From Laetmonice hystrix (lineage: Eukaryota), in NCBI GenBank assembly GCA_965235115.1, contig OZ249436.1, positions 1,366,001-1,430,000 of the forward strand: 64,000 nt of DNA, in the 5' to 3' direction. Made by a program: the position numbers and the translations under genes. Positions within the stretch are counted from its first letter, which is position 1. Each line of letters starts with the position of its first letter. The notes under the pieces are model-generated. The model worked only from the letters and a program-made list of their open reading frames with translations. It did no database searches and was not told the DNA's origin. This document shows positions 55,112 to 64,000 of the stretch, in pieces.

Positions 55112-56275
55112 CTGGGGAAACGGCAGAACCAAAGCAAGGCAGGTTACATGAGAACGATGAAAATATCAAAAGAATCAAGGACTTTTGTCAACACGTTTTA
55201 TTATTATCCTGAATTCACAACAGGCATTTGTGTCGAGACTTCCTTGAATCTTCGGCGGAAATTCTGCACTGGGAGGATTTTGTAGACTCAAACTGAACAC
55301 AACAGGCGATAATATCCACCTCTGTTTGTGTCCAATTCATATTTCCGAAAAATGATAACCCGTGTGCGATAATTGATTTAAATGATCTCGGACCTTGGCG
55401 GAAATTATCTTTAAACGATATTGTCCAGGGGATTGTTACAAAATGTAGAAAATAAAGTTCGGCCTGAATGGTGAACTTGCGGCTCATTAAGGATAGCTGA
55501 TATCTAATATGATAGCTGCACTTCCAAGACCTATCCATATCGGTGACTTTATCCCCTGATGGATGAACTATCTATCTGCTATAGTGACCTTCACGCCATA
55601 GGGTCAAATGAAATGAGCATATTATGAGGAAACGTGAAAAATCGGTATTTCAAAGAACTTTTGCTGTTTTCATAAAGAGATCCTTCATTAATATTGCTTG
55701 GTAAACAAAGACAGACTTATCAGTTTCATTTTGTGTGAGAAATCGAAGTTTATGAAGCTCCCTTGCCCGCTTTTCTGGCGATTTCGTAAAATATTTTTTA
55801 GGTGGCATTCTGATGCCGGGCGATCGAGTGCAACTGCTGAATTGTTTACAACTAAGCGAAGCACGTGACTAAGCACATGCAGAGAGTGCACACGCAGGAT
55901 ATGACACAGTATGCAATTACACGGGTTAATGGGAGGTTGTCTATAGCAAATTGTGGCGGGAGATGTGCTATCGGGAGAAATCTATAGGTTTGGTCGTATA
56001 GAATCTACTTGCGCTGCATACGCAACGAAAACACGTCGGAGGACAAAATGCTGTGGTAGGATTATTTACTTGGATCCCTAGTACACGATCATGTTGGATA
56101 ATTGCCGGAAATCCTCCAAAACGTGTTTCATAGCATGCCCCTTTAATGGAAGAGCAGAGCCTGACGCAGACCTAGATTTAGAAGGGCAACTTGATCACAG
56201 GGATGAATTCACACCCTTAAAAGGGCACCAGCTCATGAAAAGGACCCTTTTCCCACATGGTGAGGTCCCTACTGG

Positions 56276-56308
<33 letters not shown>

Positions 56309-56373
56309 GGAGCTACTCCTTCTGCCCCCCCCCCCCCCCAGGTACGACCCTGAAGAGTATGTTAACGGCCTAC

Positions 56374-56516
56374 CGTCGGCCTCAGGCGTGCTCGACCCGG
56401 ACCCAGGATGACGTTCGAACGGGAACTTGTGAACAAATTGTGTGATTTGTCTCGTCCCGCCAGGAGTGAACACAAGCCGGATAGATCCGATCACATTCAA
56501 GTCTTCGGCCAGCACT
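56374..56516 (-). CDS. cGLR gene, second coding exon (143 nt, phase 2 to phase 1)
   Basis: Acceptor cttttgtttttggtacctgctag|AGTG and donor GACG|gtaggc. Reads (I)VLAEDLNVIGSIRLVFTPGG...STPEAD, in phase with both neighbouring exons. Confidence 0.75.
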
Positions 56517-56520
56517 CTAG

Positions 56521-56729
56521 CAGGTACCAAAAACAAAAGGTCATTTAATGAATTTATCATCACATTGATAAAAAAAAAGTGACACTGACATCTTCTGCCA
56601 ACGCTAACAGGTACCAAAAACAAAAGGTCATTTAATGAATATTTATCATCATATTGATAAAAAAAAAGTGACACTGACATCTTCTGCCAACGCTAACAGG
56701 TACCAAAAACAAAAGGTAATTTAATGAAT
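56521..56729. repeat. ~2.4 x 87-89-bp tandem repeat filling the first cGLR coding intron
   Basis: caggtaccaaaaacaaaagg at 56521, 56608 and 56697. Confidence 0.9.
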
Positions 56730-56746
56730 ATATAGCCTATACTTAC

Positions 56747-58962
56747 ATAGCCCATCCTTCACCTCGCTTGACCGCTTCCTCTAGACCTTGCTGGGCATAG
56801 CACTCGCCCGTGACGACTCGGTGTGCGAACTTTGTCACGTGGGCAAGGTCCTTGCACAGTAGCCGTTCATTGATGTCTTCCACAAACCAAGCATTCTCCA
56901 GTGAACCGGCCTGCAGGTCCCGAAGATAACTGGTCAAAGCAGCAGCCAGACGCTCCGTAGACTCACACGGCTGCGTCTTGTTGGGCGTCTTCTTTTCTTC
57001 TACAAATGTTCTCAAAACACACACAAGCCGTTCAGCTGTCTTCCCAGGTTCCCAGTGCTTTTCGCCTTTGTGACTTTCAAGTTCTTCCACAGCTGCACGT
57101 TGAAGCGACTGACAAGTGGTTCGTTCAAGTGACTGACTGGCTGAGAACATTTGGATCTGTTCCAAGATGAAGTTTATGAGACGTAGTAAACGGTCAGCAC
57201 CTTGCGTTCTCACAGTATCCACCGAACTAATCACTCCGCGCACAGACTTCCGGTCAATTAACTCTGTTTTCATTGGTCGCGTGTCAAGGAATCCCAGAAC
57301 TTCCGTGAAGACAAGGTTCAGATATGTAACCTGCCTTTCAGTAAAGTTGAATTCCGAGTCATCCTTATCAATACAAGCCTTTTGTTTGGCTATCTGACAA
57401 AACCAAAGTGATGCAAGATCGTTTTCAAAAGCAATGCTAGACTCAAGGTTAGTGTCAATGCCAATTTGAAATGTTTGTTGCTTTGAGAAACCGTGCATCC
57501 GCCTGAGACAATTCGTAAGAATATTGAAATCACTGGTGCACAGATTTAATGTCAGGCCCTTCTTCAACAGAACATTAAGTTCAGAGAAGAAATAGCTTCT
57601 CATGTGTTTCCGCTGCAAAGCTTTTAATAGACTTCTCACTATGCTGAGAACACGGACACTGACACCTGACTCGAGCCAGTCGCCGACGTCTGAATAGGTC
57701 TCCAGCTCAAATAGAAACAGCGTCTTCAAAGCATAAGAACTTATAAGATGAAGGGGACTCGAGTTTGGTTCAGAGGTTGATGGGGGGATAAGTACGTCAA
57801 AATCCGTCCCGAAATCCTTAAAAGAAGATGGGTCTGACAAAAGTCCTGTTATTATTTTAGTTATCCTCATCACTTTAGCAGGGATGCTGCAATGGTCATA
57901 ATGTGTCATCAGTTCCATCTCAGCTGTGGAGTTTGAAATACGCCACAGCGAATCCTTCGCCTCACATACGATACTTTCGTGCGGTCCAGTTCCCACGACA
58001 TAAAATCCCTTCTGAGACGCGCGGTAAAAGTTCACAGCATCGACATGAGACAACGCAATTCGGTCCGGAAAGTCGCTCCGCGTTGGCCACCCCACAAAGC
58101 CAATGCTGAGGGTGAGGTCGACAGATACGTTGTGCGACTCGGGAAGTTCCTCCGTGGGAGGGACATAGATTTCAAGTCTTACGGCTGGTCCGTCCTGTAA
58201 GACCTTGATAGAGAAATCTCTCGGCTCCGGGAACACGTCCTGCTCCGGGTCACCGATCCCGATAAATACGTGCTGCTTGGAACCAATATTAAAAATATCC
58301 GACAATGTCCCGACATCAAGGACCTTTCCTGATGCCCCTGGAAGGTCACACTCATTGACGTTTTCCATTGAAACTGGTATAGCCTTGACTACCCAGCGAA
58401 TCAGCTCAAAGAACCGCTGTCGTATTTTGTGGGGGAGCAGGCAACCATCAGCATCCATGAATTCTGACCAGTCCTTGAACAGAGACGGTCGGCTGCGTTC
58501 GTTAACTTGAACACGTGCAAAACCTGATGGAACTGTTTCCGGGTCGTCGAGAATACGACACGGGGGATTCTGGGAGCTGCCATCAAGCGCTGGGCACGAC
58601 ACCTGATTCAGTCGTATCATGAAGTCATACTCGTCCGGTCTGTTGATCTTGTAATGTTCATACGTACTTCCGGTTGGGAGGACAAACTTGGAGGCAAAAC
58701 GCGCGTCGAGTTTACCAGCTGACGTCACAAGTCGCTGTACCAGACGTTCAATGGTCGCTTCGATACTTCCTGGCACATCCATGCCCAGGAGGTTCGGCCC
58801 GCCGCCGCTAGGTGTCATGGTGCCGTAGTAACTGTTCAGTGCATGGTTACATGTTCGTTCTATGTTCGTGAAATATCGGTTTAGATATTCAAGCTCATCA
58901 TTGTCGAAGCTAAGATCGATTTCTGGCAGAACGTAACGCCTTGGGCCGTCGTTTTCTCCCAT
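56747..58962 (-). CDS. cGAS-like receptor (cGLR / Mab21-family nucleotidyltransferase), main coding exon
   Basis: 739-aa ORF with GSTYEHYKINRPDEYDFM (hGS-x-[DE]h[DE] catalytic motif), VSVDLTLSI (third acidic residue), WP, FYVV, LWRISNSTAE, ISSYALKTLFL and SYFFSELNVL, in cGAS/Mab21 order. The ORF end ATG-TAA overlaps a perfect donor (GCTAT|gtaagt, intron starts at 56746). Confidence 0.93.
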
Positions 58963-59794
58963 CTCTAGGACTAGATAATAACCTATTTAAATGAAATGAC
59001 AATCAAACCAACAGATCAAGAACTTGATATTTCAACACAGGCTGGCGCTAGAACATTTTGTGAAGTTAATTACAATAATGGCTTAACTTACAATCGAGCC
59101 TAGATTTAATGGTACGGTTGGGTAGGCCTACATTTGGTAGTCAACTGAATTCTGTTGTGCTTGGTCAGCGAAATAAGGGCCAGTCTAACAAAAGGAGGAT
59201 TTTTACTTTCTGGCAACTGGTAATAAGCATAAATCCATAGATTGGGTTAATCTCGACACTAATTACGTTCTTGCATACGGTCACATGTGTTTGTCCGAGT
59301 ATTTTAATTGTGCACAAAAACTGCGACGTCGTGTTTCTATAATTTGTCACAGAGCGCTATTACATATTATCCTCCAGTATTGAGTAGCTTTGATCTAAAT
59401 GAACTGGGCGTACCTTATTTCCAGGGAGTATAGTCCTAAGCAACGATTTCCTCTTAATGTCAACGTATGCAAGTCTTCCCAAACACAACGCAGATATTAC
59501 CTACAGTTTACACAATGTTTTAAATCGCCGCAGTGGAGCGAACAATACACGTATGTACAACCCACCTGTCGTCTAGGCACGGGCAGTTGTCCGGTTGTTC
59601 TGTACGAACAGATCGTAAGTATACTCTGATCATGACAAGAGATCCAACTGCATGGCTAACCGTGAGACACCTTACATATACAGGTAGGCCTACACCGTGT
59701 GTCTGCGTGTGTAGGCCGCACTCATCCGTGACCATGCACACTCAGCGGCTGGGGAATTTTGTTGGATCCTTTAAAAAAGTGGGTCACGCGGAGG

Positions 59795-60715
59795 GTGTCC
59801 CGCCACGGAACCAGCCAGGGTATATCTCTATACCGTACGGTCAGACAAGGTGTCCCGACACGGAACCAGCCAGGGCAGGAGGGTATATCTCTATACGGTC
59901 AGACAAGGTGTCCCGCTACGGAACCAGCCAGCGCAGGAGGTATCTCTATACGGTCAGACAAGGTGTCCCGCCACGGAACCAGCCAGCGCAGGGTATATCT
60001 CTATACGGTCAGACAAGGTGTCCCGATATCTCTATACGGTCAGACAAGGTGTTCCGATATCTCTATACGGTCAGACAAGGTGTCCCGCTACGGAACCAGC
60101 CAGGGCAGGAGGGTATATCTCTATATGGTCAGACAAGGTGTTCCGATATCTCTATACGGTCAGACAAGGTGTCCCGATATCTCTATACGGTCAGACAAGG
60201 TGTCCCGATATCTCTATACGGTCAGACAAGGTGTCCCGATATCTCTATACGGTCAGACAAGGTGTCCCGATATCTCTATACGGTCAGACAAGGTGTTCCG
60301 ATATCTCTATACGGTCAGACAAGGTGTCCCGATATCTCTATACGGTCAGACAAGGTGTCCCGATATCTCTATGCGGTCAGACAAGGTGTTCCGATATCTC
60401 TATACGGTCAGACAAGGTGTTCCGATATCTCTATACGGTTAGACAAGGTGTCCCGACACGGAACCAGCCAGGGCAGGAGGGTATATCTCTATACGGTCAG
60501 ACAAGGTGTTCCGATATCTCTATACGGTCAGACAAGGTGTTCCGATATCTCTATACGGTCAGACAAGGTGTTCCGATATCTCTATACGGTCAGACAAGGT
60601 GTGCCGGCACGGAACCAGCCAGGGCAGGAGGGTATATCTCTATACGGTCAGACAAGGTGTGCCGGCACGGAACCAGCCAGGGCAGGAGGGTATATCTCTA
60701 TACAGTCAGACAAGG
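59795..60715. repeat. Composite minisatellite, 31-bp core with an optional ~29-bp insert
   Basis: tatctctatacggtcagacaaggtgtcccga with or without cacggaaccagccagggcaggagggta. Confidence 0.95.
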
Positions 60716-61359
60716 TTGTTCGGCCATATCATTGGGTTCTCTGTTTTGTAATTGTTTTGCGTATTTACAGAAAAGACAACTGTTTCAGTGGTGGATCCAG
60801 CATTTTGATAAGGGGGGGGGGCACCTAAAAAAAAAGTTAGCTCGCTACGCTCGGCATGATTTGATTGTGCCTGTATTACACCCGTACACCCACACCAATT
60901 CTATTCCAATACTAATTTATATATTATTAAATATAGTCATAACATCTTCATAAAATAAACCCTGAAAATCTATTGAATATACAAGTTTTAACCTGCCAGT
61001 AGATGTTTCGTGAGGTAGAACTGTGGCTGTTGTCTCTATACACGCGGGTAACACGTATTGTCATTGTTCTGAATGCTACTGTGCCAGTTGAACATAATGT
61101 AGGCAGTAGCCTGCCAAATGCTGACTGGTAGAAACTCTATATTTATAATATTCTGTGCCAAATTACAGTCCACATGACCATGGGAGTCGAGGACCTAACT
61201 CCACGTTACACAGTGAGAGTATTTGGTGCACCGTCTTGTGTTAGCTGACTATAACAGCAGCGCTGGAATCGAGATCTTCTAAGAGTTCTGTCTTGCTGTC
61301 AGTTTCCTAAACCGATATCAATATGATGATCCCTGTCATTATGTGATCCCACTACATGT

Positions 61360-62240
61360 GGTTACATCATGACAGGGGATCTCACTACATGCAGTATGCG
61401 GTTACATAATGACAGGGGATCTCACTACATGCAGTAGGCGGTCACATAATGGCAGAGGATCTGACTACATGCAGTAGGCGGTCACATAATGAAAGGGGAT
61501 CTCACTACATGCAGTAGGCGGTCACATAATGACAGGGGATCTCACTACATGCAGTAGGCGGTCACATAATGACAGGGGATCTCACTACATGCAGTTGGCG
61601 GTCACATGGCAGGGGATCTCACTACATGCAGTAGGCTGTTACATGGAAGGGGATCTCACTACATGCAGTAGGCGGTCACATAATGACAGGGGATCTCACT
61701 ACATGCAGTAGGCTGTTACATGGAAGGGGATCTCACTACATGCAGTAGGCGGTCACATAATGACAGGGGATCTCACTACATGCAGTATGCGGTCACATAA
61801 TGACAGGGGATCTCACTACATGCAGTAGGCGGTCACATAATGACAGGGGATCTCACTACATGCAGTATGCGGTTACATGGCAGGGGATCTTACTACATGC
61901 AGTATGCGGTCACATAATGACAGGGGATCTCACTACATGTAGTAGGCGGTCACATAATGACAGGAGATCTCACTACATGCAGTAGGCGGTCACATAATGA
62001 TAGGGGATCTCACTACATGCAGTATACAGTTACATAATGATAGGGGGCATCACTACATGAGTAGGCGGTAACAAAATGATAGGTGATATCACTACCCTGT
62101 ACATCATGCAAGATGTGGTCACGATAGGGGTATCTCACAAGATCTAGTATGTACCCCACTACGTCCAGGAACTTACATAATGACAGGGCATCTCACTACA
62201 TGCAGTAGAAGGTTACATAATGACAGGGCATCTCACTCAC
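61360..62240. repeat. Minisatellite, 37-40-bp unit, ~20 copies, degenerate at the right end
   Basis: cacataatgacaggggatctcactacatgcagtaggcggt. Confidence 0.93.
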
Positions 62241-63557
62241 AAATTTCCCTGATGACTAAATGCAGGATTCTGACACATGAAAACAGAAGGTCCCATATGA
62301 CGTTTATTGTCAACGGAAATTTTTCGAACGTAAGACTATTCAATAGGAATTTGATAACAAAAACACGAGAAACGTCAGCGACCGGCTTCGACTCGGAATT
62401 TTGCTTCCTGTTCGTGCCCAGATGAGCCCAGATACAGTCAACAATATTTTGTCAAACGGTCCGTTTTTTCTACCAGTGCTGTTGTTTACACGGTGCCAAC
62501 CAGTGACTATGGACAGCCAGCAAAACACGAAATAGGTGACCTACCTGGGGGGGGGGGGGGGCGGGGGGGCGGGGGGGGGTCCCACTCTCCCATGAGCCAC
62601 TGCACGCCGAGAGTCGGGGAATCCCAGCCTTCCATTCGCCCAATGAGAGGCGCTCACTCAACCATATTGCTGGAGCATAAAATGAAAGCCCCGCGCCGTG
62701 TCGAGAGAAAACTTGTCGTGACAGCAGGTTTATTTTACATCCCAGTACCTGTAAAACCAGGAATCCATGTGTCCGTATTGCGTAATCAAAACAATGAAAA
62801 CACGCATTACGCATACATGGAATCACTCCACTTGTTTTCATTGATGTTGATGAATACGCATTACGCACTACGCCCACACCACGTGGCTTCCTGTGCCTAG
62901 TCTAACCTCATCTAGGGTCGCTTCTAAACGTGCTCAGCCACACGATGTGTCAGCTGTACTAGTTACAAACATTATACTCAAATATCTTACTTATATGCGG
63001 CACGATTGTTGAATGGTTAAATACAATAATTCCCATTCAATATATCAGTACATAATATTCACAGTGTTCAGTAGCTGTCAGTATTCTTGATGTTTTAATC
63101 AATTACAAATGAAACAAAATCGGTTGTTCTCTTTCTGTCGCCTTCACTTTATTTGCTATTGTACAGCACCACCACCACCACCACGAGTCAAGTATCCGGT
63201 ACCATTGCCCTGTTTTTATAAACTTGTAAGGTGTAAGGTGACACAGACACACAAACATGGCAAAGTGAACAGTGGATCATTAAAACAACATGTTCCGATT
63301 CAGTTCCACACGGCACAAGATCTAAATACAAATACATGTGTACATTCACTGACTTCGGAGAGTGATACTCCATTGCATACAGTTTAGCTATCCATTTTTA
63401 AAGAACCAACGGCAGTAAACTGTTAACAATAAGCCATTCAATAGGTTTATGTCGGTAAAACTCGAGTGTGACGGCTCAAGTATGTCTCCCTGAAAATATG
63501 CTCCGTGCCTCGACGACATAATGTTCACCAGTGAAGTCGACGAATATTATTAAACTC

Positions 63558-64000
63558 TATAATCTAACCGTCCACCTTGGAGCACCCGTCAAGGGCCCGG
63601 GAGGGTGACTAGTTGAATCCCCACACGTTCATACAGAACCTGTGTATAATCTAACCGTCCACCTTGGAGCACCCGTCAAGGGCCTGGGAGGGTGACTAGT
63701 TGAATCCCCACACGTTCATACAGAACCTGTGTATAATCTAACCGTCCACCTTGGAGCACCCGTCAAGGGCCCGGGAGGGTGACTAGTTGAATCCCCACAC
63801 GTTCTACCACAACCTGTGTATAATCTAACCGTCCACCTTGGAGCACCCGTCAAGGGCCCGGGAGGGTGACTAGTTGAATCCCCACACGTTCTACCAGAAC
63901 CTGTGTATAATCTAACCGTCCACCTTGGAGCACCCGTCAAGGGCCCGGGAGGGTGACTAGTTGAATCCCCACACGTTCTACCAGAACCTGTGTATAATCT
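63558..64000. repeat. Minisatellite, 87-bp unit, at least 5 copies (runs off the window)
   Basis: tataatctaaccgtccaccttggagcacccgtcaagggcccgggagggtgactag... Confidence 0.95.

Noticed and set aside
59533..60953. 431-aa and 367-aa ORFs
   Set aside because: A 31-bp repeat cycling through frames.

Overview
Eukaryotic, animal-type genomic DNA (GT-AG introns, MITEs, LINE remnants; probably an invertebrate, which is inference). About a third of the window (~23 kb) is ~20 mutually unrelated minisatellite arrays, which explain most long ORFs in the track. Three protein-coding genes can be built by hand. (1) A minus-strand cGAS-like receptor (Mab21 nucleotidyltransferase) with intact catalytic motifs, which splices on through two more exons to ~874 aa with a long unassigned C-terminal region. 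(2) A plus-strand single-exon atypical dual-specificity phosphatase. (3) A minus-strand, 157-aa cysteine-rich membrane protein from three coding exons, whose core closely resembles plant TAXIMIN peptides. A Pro-rich reading frame with no start codon (19216-20408) is split by a MITE. Several tandem arrays are amplified exon/intron junctions: 24 copies of a splice donor, 4 copies of a splice acceptor, a triplicated acceptor tract, and an array starting on a stop codon. Family comparisons are from recalled motifs, not database searches.
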